Positions 1 through 12,833 of a stretch of DNA of 64,000 nucleotides are shown here, one piece after another. Position 1 is the first letter of the stretch, and every line of letters begins with the position of its first letter. The stretch lies in the NCBI GenBank assembly GCA_963924565.1, contig OZ004610.1, positions 7,564,001 to 7,628,000 of the forward strand, read 5' to 3'. The stretch comes from Ascidiella aspersa (taxonomy: Eukaryota). The notes under the pieces are model-generated. The model saw nothing but the letters and a program-made list of their open reading frames with translations, was not told the DNA's origin and did no database searches. A program made the position numbers and the translations under genes.

Positions 1-3000
1 TCCATAGCATCCATCTTTGTGGCAGATGCTATTCGGGTACACAGTACGTGCGGTTTTACAGGGAAATGTCATTTTGTCGGTTCGTCCTGCCGTTAAAAAA
101 ATCACGGGTAGTAACGGGGTTGACAAAAAATCAGAACAATTGGCATTTTTTGCATATGTGTTTTTACTAACGCTTATTGGTAACAGGTTGTCCTGCATCC
201 CCGCACAAAACTTTTGTTTTTACTTTCAAATCGACGAATCATAATATTCAAAAGCCAATTTAGAAAAAAACGTGAACAATTTAGGCCTGTCAAAAGTTCG
301 TGATTGCTGCAATTGAAAATGAAAGATCAGTTTGCTTTCGCTATCAATTATAGCATAATGAAAAACCGAAGTTAGGATAATTTCGTCAGTTGTCGGAATT
401 CCAATTTGGTAAACTATATTTTAAATCGAAAACGTTTTTGTGTCCAGCTAAGCGTTTAATTTAAGGATTATATAATTGGTTGAGTGTTTAATAGAGAGGT
501 TTCCTGAGTTCTTAGATCCTACGCCAATAATTGTTTGCAACTAAGAAAGCCAGATATTGCTGCGCGCCCAAAAAACATACGGGATGGGTTTTCTAAATCT
601 GCAAAACTATTAGCTCAATTCATACGAAGCCTGGCTAAGGAGCATACGTTTCATTTCAGGTGATAAAATCCGCTTTACAATACACCCCACTTGCCCCACG
701 CTACTAACCCCTGCTCACCCTATGCCAAGTTTTGAGCACGCGCCCTGTAGTCGGTAAGGAAGGTGACCAATAAAATGTAAATTAGGTTTAGGACATCCTA
801 TGCTTCACATTTCCCTAAAAACATCCTATGCTTCGCATTTCCCTAAAGGAGGATATGAAGCCACGGGTCAGGTCCCTCACTTAAATTGCTGAACGTTAAA
901 AGGTACCAGCGACCGTCACTCGAATAATATTCCGTCGTAGAACAATTGTTAGCCAAGCTGGCGCTGTTGCTCCTTAAGCACAATTTTTCCTTTCCTCCGT
1001 GCCGTGTTCGCATCTCAAGTAAAACAAATAATCATTGGCCGTTGAAACAACTCAATGCCAGAGTTTAAAAATATTATGTCAAACACTGATCAGGGTTTAG
1101 ACAAAAGCGCCTAATTTTTTTACAGGCTGTCTGAAATTTTGCGAAGCGATATATCTCTAACAGGTTTATTTTTGTTATGAGCACTGTTATTCAGATGAGC
1201 TAGCTCGCGATAACTTCATACCGCGTCGGTGTATGACGTAACCATTTAACGTAATTTTCTGAGAGGTGCGACATTGGCCAAAACTTAAAACGAGTTGATG
1301 CCGAAACCTTGGACGGCGCATCACTTCATCGCGTCACGTGCCATTTTTTCGGATCAAAAGATCAAAAAGGATTAAAGGCAAGGGCCGCGTGACCACATTG
1401 ACAAGGATGTCCGGGAGAGAGCTTTACAAGCAACCAGGGCGGCTCTGTCCATAAATCTCCTGTATTTTGTTTGCCAAGAACCCTAAGGACTGAACGCACA
1501 GAAATGTTAAAAAGTGAACAGAACTTTCGAAACATACCTTTCATTCTGTACATGTCGCTTCGGGGCGGTTTCGCACACTAAGCACAAATGCTGCTTGTTC
1601 AAAAAATGCAAGGCATCATTTTCACCAGTGCCGAAGCCGAAGCATTTCACAAATCCTAGGCTCACAAGTTCGCGACTGAGCTTCGCGTTTTTATTACTCC
1701 GCGCTTTTTTTTTTGCACACGCGGTCGTTCATTCACAGAAAACGCCAATAAAAGGCGCCTTAAAACGCCAGTGCACCAATTCGCCGGGCTTTCAAGTTAA
1801 AAGGAGGAAAGAGCGCGGCGCCGTGGCCAGATTACCGTTTTTATGGCTTTTTAAAATTCCTAGCTTTGCGTTGCACAAGCACAGCCAGCTAAAATATTTT
1901 GTTACTTTTTCGGTACAACTGCGCACCACCATGACAGCAGCATGTTTTTACCCAACTTCTACTAGATCGGAACACACAAATAAATTAATAAAAATAAATA
2001 TACATTGCCTACTAAAGACAAGATTTAGTATAAATGTGGACCGTTGCACTTTTAAAATAAAGTTAGACAAAATTTTAAACTTAGTATGTGTATGCACAAC
2101 AGAATCTATCCCTCCAACAGAACACATAATGAATAATAAAATTGACAATTCAATAATCTCAACTTTTTTATATTTCTATCGTTTAGCCATAACAACGTTC
2201 AAGTTAATAAAGTTCGACAAAAAAATTGGTCTTACAGATAAAAAAGTTTGAGACTCCTGGACTAGAACAGTGGTCTCAACCAGGGTGCCGTTATATTGCT
2301 TAAGGGTGCCGAGAGATCTTTTATACTCTAATTTTGACCCGAATATCAAGCTTCTTATTCTATCTGTTTGTGTACGACTGGCGTGCAATAAATCGAAAAT
2401 TTTTCCTGCATTGTGACAGTTTACGTGTGTTGCTTTAACTTAGTATAGTGTGACACCGAACGGCACACTAATGAGCGAAATTATAGTCGGGAGGGAGCCA
2501 TTAATATATCACGCCAAAACGGTGGGAAGCCACTGCAATATAGAATGACACGTGTATAGCACAGTTAAAAAAACACTGTCGTAGAGCTATGGAGCCTGGG
2601 GTGCGAAATCTTACACCAGAATAGGACGATATATACGCCAAAAACGATTTTTGTTTTTGGTAAATTCACTACGCCGGTGATATTCCACGCGAAATGACGA
2701 CAATGGCGTGATCTTGCGCAAGCATTCATCGCCAAAGATCTCTGGCGGGAAAGCACTAGCAAGCAATCGGCCTAGGGGGCTTCTGTTACACGGGCGCACA
2801 TAAAGAGGCAAAGGTGGAAAGGATGCGACCCACGGCATGGCATAGGTGACAGGGCCGATGCGCAAATAGAGGCAATTGGCCGGTAATTGCTCGTGAAAAG
2901 CGTCCGCTTCCATCCTGAACGCCATTAGGCTAGCGCTCGTATATACGTGCGTACCAGGCACATAGGGAACGCCTTTCATGTCGGCGCGCACGCAAATTCG

Positions 3001-6000
3001 TCCTACATCAAACGGGCCTCTCAATGTCACTCCACATCACACAAACGACGGGCTCCGTTTATCCCTTTGCCTTGCAATTGCGAGGGGCCTCTTTTCTCTA
3101 TCCCTTTTTTCATTCTCTTTCGGTAGGCTTCGAAATGTAGGATTCTGTTTTTGCTCGACCAGCACGATGGGTTAGAATATTAATGCGATGGGTTGTAATT
3201 TTGTGGACAAAAAACACATTATCAATTCACAAACTCAGAGACACTCGCTAAGGATTCGGGCTGCATGCTGTACAGTTTTACTCCAATACCCCACTGATCA
3301 CGAAGGTTCAACATGGTGTCTATTTTCTTACTTCGGTAATTAAAACTTCACACCATGATTGATTCGATAGCTTCAAAACAGTGTAGTTTTATTTCTTCTT
3401 AACCAACGTGCAAGACTATATACGCCAGTACTGCGAATTTCAACATTTTTGCCACTTTATATGGACATTTGCTGTCATTGCTTCCTAGAGAAGCTAACCA
3501 CGATTTCCCTTTGCAGAGTGCAATTAACGATACCTCATGCTGTCGGCGCCTGTCTTGAACGCAAATCGACGATGGCCTTTAGCGGAACAGAGATATAGTG
3601 CGACCTCTAAAACTGACTTGCCCACTCATCTTCGGTGAAATGGCAACAATCGATTTTGCTTGCAGGCGTGACGGCGCTACATTTACCGGCTGACATAGCA
3701 ATCGTGAAATGGCGTATTTTAACTTTTAACGGGTTGTTAATTTGCGTTTTATCACTTTAGTTTAAGCTTAACCAAGCAAGTGCGCTGAACAGCCCGAACG
3801 CCACCCACTTGCTTACACAACACAACAGAAATAGATATGTAAATATAGGACAGCAATCGGTCTGACCAACGCAAATTATAAACGCGGCGCATAAACCAAA
3901 CGCTTATGAGAAAATGAATTCTCACTTTACCCAACCTTAGCGGCAACGGTATACCACGCAATTCTGCATCAGCTGTAACGGGGCTTCAAATTACTGCATA
4001 CAGTCTCGCACTTCAGTCAGCAATTGCCTGCTGCCTTTCTGCTGACCTTATGGCTCAGCAATTTGAATGTACTGTACGTACGCCCGTCGCCCGTGGAAAT
4101 TCTGCCGCCCGCCGATTGGAAGCCTTCTGCCTTTTTTTCCCGAAATCGCTTGGGATTTGAAGCATTACGTCATGGCGCCAATGCGCGCATTGCTGCTGTA
4201 TAAATAAAGTGCCTCGTCAGGGCGGCCAAAAATTGGAGTTAGAATTGATGCTTTTTACTCGCCATTAAAGCAGTTTTATGCATTTCAAAGCGGCGTGTGC
4301 ATTTTAATGCGTATGCGTCAGATCGTTTCACGCTAAACGCTGCCATTTTATCCTTTTAAGTTCGGCTCGTTTTAATCCATGACAAAGGCCTATTAAAGCT
4401 GCGTGCTGTATATCTCATGGTGCTGCTTTTATTGTGCTAAAAATAAGGCTTTCTCAACGGTGGTTCTTGTCTCCTGGACGAAAAGGAGCAGTCTTTGAAG
4501 GCCACGAGCATATATTATTTGAATTATCAGGTTTTTGTTATGACTTTAGTGGCCTCTCTTATAACGTTCTATGCAATATCAATCGTTAACACATGGGAGC
4601 CATACAGCATTTAGAGCTTATGTTAAGGAGGCACCACTCATAAATGCTTAGGGTAACCACTGGGTCTATAGTAGGGAAGTTCGATAATATTGGATCGGTG
4701 GTTGGTTTTGGAACGGATCCCGATACTTTTTGTCTAAACTAAAGGATATTTTAGGTAAAATGGCCAAATATAACAAATTGATTTAATTATTATTTGCCAA
4801 CGTAATATTTCTCGGCTGTTGAGCCAATTTGCTTTTGTACGAAGTAAACGTCGTTAGTTTTGACGAACAAATAAAATATACAATAAAAAATATAAAAAAA
4901 TTACAGGGCGAATACCGACACTTAGCACTTGGCAGAAGATTTTAGCTTTGATCCGATATTATAAGACACCCCTTTTTTATTCTTTGTAAATGGTCGTATT
5001 TGTCTAATTCTAAATAGGGTAATCAGGTGGCACTGTATAAAAACAAGCTGTATTGATTCTCGACAAGCTTTTGTACAACCGTTCTTTATCAAGTCAAAGT
5101 AGGTTTTCCACTTTTCCTATATTGTTGTTATTGAGTGCGCACGAAACGCCGAATTTGCAAATCGCGTTCTTGCAACTTCTGTTTGTCGTTGCAATCAGTT
5201 GCGTGACGTCAGGCCTGTCCCGTGACTGTCGAACAGAAAGTCCCTAATCCGCAAACTGCGGTGCGACACTTTCTCGCGGCGTCCGCACTAATTTCGCGAA
5301 GCCAACAAATCCGCAGCGATCACGGGACATTGCGTGATCGTATACAGAGGAAATCCATCAGCACAGAAAAACACAACACAACAGTCATCCGTCAATAGCA
5401 ACATCTGTCAGTTTTCGACTGTTAACTCTGGGGTAGCTTTCACTCGATTACCCCTGGAAATGCGTTGCACAGCGGGTAAAAAGCACAAGTTAATTGCAGA
5501 AACCTGCCTATACGCGATTTGTACCTCAATCAACCTTATCTAGCCTGTTTATCAAAGCTTAATGTTGACATGTATACATGGGGCACAAGGGTCCAAACCC
5601 GGTTTCGCGTGCTAGACTTAAACAAAAAAGATACCCCTTTTTCAGACACGAAAACACACTCATAAACATTATAAAACTGTTATGTTTACCTTTCTATTAT
5701 CGCACAGACAAACGGTAATGGTACGATAATAAATAGTTAACCTGGAACAAAGTTTAAAAAAGCATAACAAAGAACAGCACCAAAGTTTACCGGAAATTTA
5801 CAGAAAAAATGCGTGCCATGTTATGTGTGAAGGGTAATAAATTGCGACCGATGGCTCAATATTTGATATTCGTGACATGAAAACGCACGTACTATTAATA
5901 GCTTTGCAGCTGAAAGCGACAGGTTTTTGCATCAGCGAATGATTAAAATTAATAAAACCATTATAAGCTCTTTGAATATATATCTGCCTTTAATTTCGTG

Positions 6001-9000
6001 TAGAAAATATACGGGGCAATCAAATTTACTCTGCGATGAATCGTGGCTCATGCGGGATGAGATCTATTTTTTAGAAGAACAAAGCAAAAATAGACGAACG
6101 TTACACAGTCAAACTCATCACGCTTATATTGTTTTAAGAGTTCGGTAGACCAATGCGTGACTCCCAATACGATGGTCGCGATGCAAAAAACGTTATTAAA
6201 ATTGCGCCAGCAAATGCATTAACTATACAATTTTGGCAGAAATTGCATTCCGTAGAGAGTTTAAGTGCCTTGAAAAAATTCACTTCAATGGCAAAACTTA
6301 AGCAAAACGATTCGCGGAAATGTAGGTAGTTAATGTAAGTACAGCTGGAATAGCCTTACGGGCATTGCGCATTAGATCATTCGATCGGGATGTGCTTAAA
6401 TGTGCGTATATATGCTAAAATTATTGCAGCCGTCTTTCAGAAAGGCGCCCAGTTATATATTTAACTTTGTTCTGACCATGCGACATAACGCTGCCCTTTG
6501 TGTAAGTTTAAGCAGCTCAACGCTAAAGGGTGTAAAATATCATCAATGGTGACACTGTACATATCTTGATGAAAAGCAAGATTGCAACCGGGCTCATATT
6601 GGAAACGCAAATTCGTGATTTTTTAAGATGGTTTACCACCAGACCTAAAGTGCGAAAGACCTGTTGCTTGATATGGACTCCTTTGTAGCCATTCGCCTTT
6701 GAGTGGACTACCGTTAAAATTCAAACGGGATGAAAAGTAGAGAGACGTGCAAAATCATCGCTTTAAATGTAACCTTGACGTCTTACGAAATTGTCATTTA
6801 AACTCGACAATAAACGCTCAAAATAACAAATGACGGTTTACCTACTTCTGTATGGACTTTAATATTCCTGCCCGGGCTCAAAATGTTGTGGTTAATGAAA
6901 ACAGAACCTTACTCTTTCAACGCTACCCTAGAGGGAGAATTAAATTTCGCGTTGCCACATATAACGATGATATCAGTTTATAGCCATTTTCCCAAGCTTT
7001 CCAGGTGGCCTTTCCTCTGTGGATTGGTCGTTATTCTACTTGGTTGATCAACAGTTAAGGGGTGGTTTTTAACGACATGAAGACAGCGTCAACAACTGGT
7101 AAATGTATATGGGCGCAATTTCCAGCCTTTTGTACCTTTAGTTAAACGCGGCTGGTAAATGCTGGGCTGACGTGTTAAATATTGTTTTATTTGGGTGCAA
7201 AATCTAACTGAACGATTGACGTCTGTATAGAGCACATTTGTAAGGTCAAAAAGTGACTTTTCATAGGCTACGTTATTCGGGGAAATTGTATTCACGGAAA
7301 GCACGCGGAAATTCTCGGATTCAATCAAAAATCAACCAATCACGATTTTTTCAATTGATAGGACATTGGCGCTTAAATCAACGAATTTAGAAAACTACTG
7401 TTGAATCAACAACAGTTTGCGTTTTGGGATAACAGTAAAAATGTTTTGTTAGTGAGGTTTTAACCCCTAAGTCATTAGGTCATTATGCACTACTGCCAAT
7501 AGTGAGAAAAGCAATAGTAAGCAATTTTTCGGCAAAACTAGTGGTACTTTACCTTTTAAATATATATTCAACGACAAACAAATTATGCATTACTTTTCAA
7601 AACCTTTCAATAGGGTAACAATATTACAGCACCCACAGTTTCCTTTTTTGTTAACCCCTCCAAAAAGCTAACAATTCACGACGAGTCAATTTTAGACAAC
7701 AAAGTCTATCAGGTCAACGTGAAATCGAAAACGTGTGGGAAAAGGTACCGAAAATAAACCACGATATATCCTACGCTAAGCTTCACAGCATTTCGCGCCC
7801 TTCACAATGGGAAGGCACGCGAATTCAACAATAGAAGTGCAAAGCCCGCATTCGGGAAACGCAAGCCATCCATCATCTCTTGTAATATATGGAGGTCGCC
7901 CTGTTGGCATTGCAATGCTCGCTAGATCGAGCGGGCCAATAGGTAGTGAATCATGGTTTGTTCGCCGTGCATTAGTCTTTGCTGCGGCGAATAGATCAGA
8001 CAGAATAGTCATGCACGTTGGAAATTTTCATTATTGCAATGACTCGAGAAAATGACTTGACTAATTGGTAAGTCATTCCATTCACAGTAAATTCCCTCGT
8101 TTGATTTATTTGTTAGTGATGTGTAAACGTTCTCGCTATCCTTGAAACTGTTATACAGTTACGACACATGAATTCAAGTATCTTTTACATTCAAATAAAG
8201 CTTCAAGTGCACTTTATTTCCTTGCAAGAAAATGCCGAACTTTAAAAAATAATTTGAAATAAGTTAAATAGGTTTGAACAAAATATTTTGAAGCCATTAT
8301 TAAAACGCACATTCTCGATGCATTTCCAATATATATATATATATTAGTGAAATATATAAAATCTATATCCTTACCTTAGTGTACAGATCTGTTCCGATTC
8401 CAGACCCATAACTTGTGTGTGTCACCGAAGTCGTTATATCAGCTTCTGAAAAAAGTTATTTAATCGCGCTTTTAAAATTAACATTCGCAAAAAAAAAATT
8501 ACAGCAGAAATATAGCAATGCTGGCTAGGGTCAGACAATTTGTGTAAATGTTAAAAAAAATATATAAATACAAACAATGTCATAATTAGTACAAAGAAAC
8601 GAATAAAAGAGTCTTGGCAGAAGAAACGAAAATAGGAAAGTATTGCTCCACTATACTGTAACTTCATAATATTTGAGGTTGCTCGCAAGATTCAAAGCGC
8701 AAAGTGGCAAACAATTTGTAATCAAACTACAGAAATTAACATGTTAAACGATTATTAAAATCATATCAGAGATGTGGATATTCATAGCTATTATGTGGTC
8801 TTAAAAAAAATGCAAAAATATTGATACTGGCATTTAAAAAGTAGCAAATATATCCCTTTCTATATCAACTGAAAAAAATATTTCAAACATATGTTAAATA
8901 TTTAAATTAGGGATCCTAAACAACTATATATTGTATAAATAATAAAAATTGTATTCACCGTGCGTTACATCAGGCACCGATACCAGCTTTTCCGCAACCT

Positions 9001-9152
9001 TATAACTTACGGAAGGATGGGGATCGAGTGTTTTCTTCGCATTACAGAAGTAAGCGAGAAGCAGAAAGACTAAAAAAAAACGAAATATTTTTTGCTTGAA
9101 ACTAAACGATTTGCGACCATATATACGGTTTCTGTGCAGTAAAGACTTAAAC

Positions 9153-9630
9153 CAGGGGTGTCCAACTCAAACATGCCGGCGTGCCAATTTTTTATCTTAT
9201 AACTTCTTTCCGTGCCAAAGTTTCGTAACCCAACCAATTCTTTTTAATCATAAAAGCGTTTTTTTACCAAAAATAAAAACGTTTATTTAAACTTGAAAAA
9301 AAACTGTCTAGTAGAAATGCGCATCACTACATCAAAGTGTCTCTCGGTGAGCTCACTTTTGTTTCTTCACACCAAGCTATATAATATTATGTGAATGCTA
9401 GCCTCCACTACTATATCAAAAGTAATTGTTGGTTGTCGTGATTGCCGCGATTGTTTTATATTGTGAACAAACAATGGCAATTGGCTGTATAACAAACTTA
9501 ATATTTTTCTGGCAATTGGCTGAATAACAAATTGAGCTTTTTGGGCAATTGGCTAAATAACAATTTTAGTATTTTTTAGGGAGGGCTAGTGTGCCATTTT
9601 TTATTAGGTGCCGCTTGTTGGACACCCCTG
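9153..9630. mobile_element. hAT-type MITE
   Basis: TIR CAGGGGTGTCCAA; 8-bp TSD ACTTAAAC; a related inverted copy lies at 28383-28898. Confidence 0.88.
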
Positions 9631-9841
9631 ACTTAAACATTCGATTTTCTTATAATAAGGCCCACTAATGTGTCTGTTTAAATCAGGGAAAGATTTCGTT
9701 TCATATGGATATAAAACTACAGTTGGCTTGTAAACAAACGACAAATTGTCTTCCATTACGTTAGTGTTGTAAACTAGTTATTTTGAAGTAACTCAAGTTC
9801 CATTCAAATCATTTGCAAAATGACTTAAGTTTAGGTCAAGT

Positions 9842-10018
9842 TTGGAGCATAATGGTTTGAGGTTGTAGTAAGGCGTAATAAGAAGATCAAAGCCCATACA
9901 GAAGTAGGTATAATTTTGAACGTTTAGAATAACTCTGATGTTGAAAATGAATAAAGAGTTATTCGAAACGTCCAAAATGATACCTACTTCTGTATGGGCT
10001 TCGATATTCTTATTACGT
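9842..10018. mobile_element. Hairpin (inverted) Penelope-like fragment inserted in a GACTT-rich MITE
   Basis: Inverted repeat 9874-10017; 12-bp TSD TTTAGGTCAAGT (9830-9841, 10019-10030); degenerate hammerhead-like core. Confidence 0.55.
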
Positions 10019-11456
10019 TTTAGGTCAAGTCTTTTTCCAAATGCAACTAGTCGGTCATGTTAGTATACAAGCAAGTCAATTTCAAATCAAGTCATTAACA
10101 TAAAAATAAATAAAAAACACAATTGGTAAACCCGTACGATTACGAGCAATAACGCAACTAAAAAACGCAGTATAAAACAAGAATATTATTTTCAGTGCAA
10201 AAATTGAGAAAAATAAGCTAATTTTATTACAAATATATTCAGCGAAATTTCCTAATTTTAAAAACTACTTGGGTCTAAGCAAATCATTTGTCTGAAAGAC
10301 TTAAGTCAAGTCAATTTATTATGGTTAAAACATTTAGTCACTTCATTTGAAAACAGTGATTCAAGTATAGTCAAGTCATTGACTTTAGCCATTACAACAC
10401 TGCATGTTGGCAGACTTTTTTTAGGTTTACACTACAACGAGATATAGTGAATAAGGTTTGCTGTTATGAGGATTAGCTAATCAAGTGGTTTATTTTTTAA
10501 ATACTGACGGACGAACAACTATTTACTTTTTAAAATGAACCACATCCCCCTATGTGAACGAATACATGTCAGTAAAAGCATTACTAGGCATCGCAATCAC
10601 TGGAAAACTGAGTATTAGCTTTTCTTTAACCAGCTTATGTATTTTGGATAAAGTTTTTTATTACAAACACAGTTTTTGTTTACTTTTACGGACACTTGAA
10701 GTCCCAACATGAACCTCAATTAAAAACAACTTTCCCTATATTTTTGGAAAAGACATACACTCAAATCAAAAACCCAATAAAAATACAAAAACGCTAAATG
10801 CAGCGTATTGTATACCGAGGTGCGCACGACAGAGCCTGGACGACGGTCGGCCCTCCTGCTTATCAATAATGCACGCTTTAATAAATCTAAAGTGCGCTAC
10901 GCTCGGCGATGGGGCAGCGACGAAGGCGCAGGGTTACTTGGGTTACCGTGCACAGGGGCGGATTTCAGAGGGGGGGTAAGCTGGACAACCCCTAAAAACT
11001 GTATATTTTAGGCAACATTTAAACTCTATATACATAGTATATTTTATGATAAACTAAACTATAAACGCTATTCTATCCATATGAATATTTTTATGTGCCT
11101 ATAACACACGCATCCTTAATTTAAAGGTTCTGCTAATTCAAACCTATAGTATTAAATAGATATGACAAGGTAGCTACAAAGAACTAGAATAATTACGTCA
11201 CACATTTTTAGTTTTTTTGTCCCCTAATTAACAAGTAATTTTCGGCCAATATAATTATTAATCCCTATTATATATATGCGAAACTCTTTTATATCTTTAA
11301 AATTGAAAGGTCTGCTAGTTCAAACCAAATATTAATAAAAAACCCTTCTGATAATTATATTTTTCCTCCAACGTTTAGCAACAGTTTATAGCCAAACATG
11401 CTGCGCACGAGATCGCTCGAGTACAGCAGGTCTTTTTAATATCAATAGCTCTACGT

Positions 11457-12579
11457 CAGGGGTCGGCAACATTTCGTACACAGTGTGCCAGTTTGTGAAC
11501 AATTTTAAAATATCAACAACTCGCGTGCCGAACATTTGTTTGGTTTTGCACTGCCAACCAGGGCTGCGGAGTCGGTTAAAAACAGCCCGAGCTTGACTCC
11601 GGCCCCATGCGCAATTTAATCGAGTCCCTAGTCCTGCTCAGACTCTCCAGCCTGTATTTCACCCATTTACGTAAAAAACTTAAAGTCAAGACAATGTGCC
11701 ACGATGTTCTATTCAACTCTAACAATTTACAGTTTGCTGCCTTCGAAATTCGGTACTGCACATGCGCACATGTCGGACTCGTACTCGAAAATTTCATAAG
11801 TTAAATTCTGTCAAGATTCTGTAAAGGAAAAAAGGCTTTTCGCATTGGGCACACAACAAATTTCTCGTGCTCGACACATTGATTTTTATCGAGCTGATAT
11901 TGACAAACGTGTTGTAGGGGCATTTGCTCCACAGTTGTAAAGTTGTGATGTCAATGGCAAATAAATGTGTCAAGCGCAAAAAGTTAACTATTGCGTTATC
12001 GTGTTTCAGAAGATGTGTCGACTGACGAAACACAATACAACGGCAATATTGCAAAAACATTATAGATTCGCGCAGAAAAGTTGTACCCCAGTTGCTAGCA
12101 ATAACAGAGTTTGTACAGCCCTGTAGGAGTGGTGTACAACCCAAACGGAACCATTAGAATCATTGCGAAATATTTAAATATTAACTTAGAGCTCGCGCCC
12201 CCCTAAGAATTGCTTGTCCCCCCAAGGGGGGCGCGATCCCCGGTTAACAACCGCTGCCTAGTCCCTAAGCCTGCTGAAAAAATAAACGCAATACTGTGCC
12301 CGCTATTTTAGAATGTTAACTATCAGTTTCGCTTTTATCTTGGTCTCTTAGTTGCACAAACACACACGTGCTTTCATTTAAAGTTGAATGCCCTGCTTTA
12401 ACGCGGTAAACATCACGCCACATTCATTGTGACGTAATACGAACGGTTAGTAGTAAACAACAACGCCCACAAAAAATAATGTTAAATAAAACAGTTAAAA
12501 CACTAATTTGTGACACGAACACTGCCGAATCATTTGGCGTGCCACTTCTGGCACGCGCGCCAGGGGTTGCCGACCCCTG
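11457..12579. mobile_element. hAT-type MITE with a nested GAGTC-family MITE (11559-12123)
   Basis: TIR CAGGGGTCGGCAAC; TSD CTCTACGT; nested CAGGGCTG...CAGCCCTG element. Confidence 0.85.
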
Positions 12580-12668
12580 CTCTACGTTCTATACGACGTA
12601 GCTATGTAACGAAACTTTGTGACGCCATCATTGTATATTTCCTGACTACAATCACCCCCAAACAAAAT

Positions 12669-12833
12669 TTATGGATTCACTTCTGTTGCTGGTTTTATTA
12701 TTTAACATAAAAGGCCGACCGAGCGATAGAATGACGTAATCCACATGATTTTCATTCATTATGGATTCACTTCTGTTGCTGGTTTTATTATTTATCATAA
12801 AAGGCCGACCGAGCGATAGAATGACGTAATCCA
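12669..12833. repeat. Tandem duplication, period 90 bp, 2 copies
   Basis: TTATGGATTCACTTCTGTTGC...GACGTAATCCA repeated with 1 mismatch. Confidence 0.9.

Noticed and set aside
1514-2251. 245-aa ORF
   Set aside because: Non-ATG start, runs through low-complexity AT-rich DNA, no recognisable domain or exon boundaries
2611-3030. 139-aa minus-strand ORF in a GC-richer island
   Set aside because: No recognisable motif and no convincing splice sites; more likely regulatory DNA
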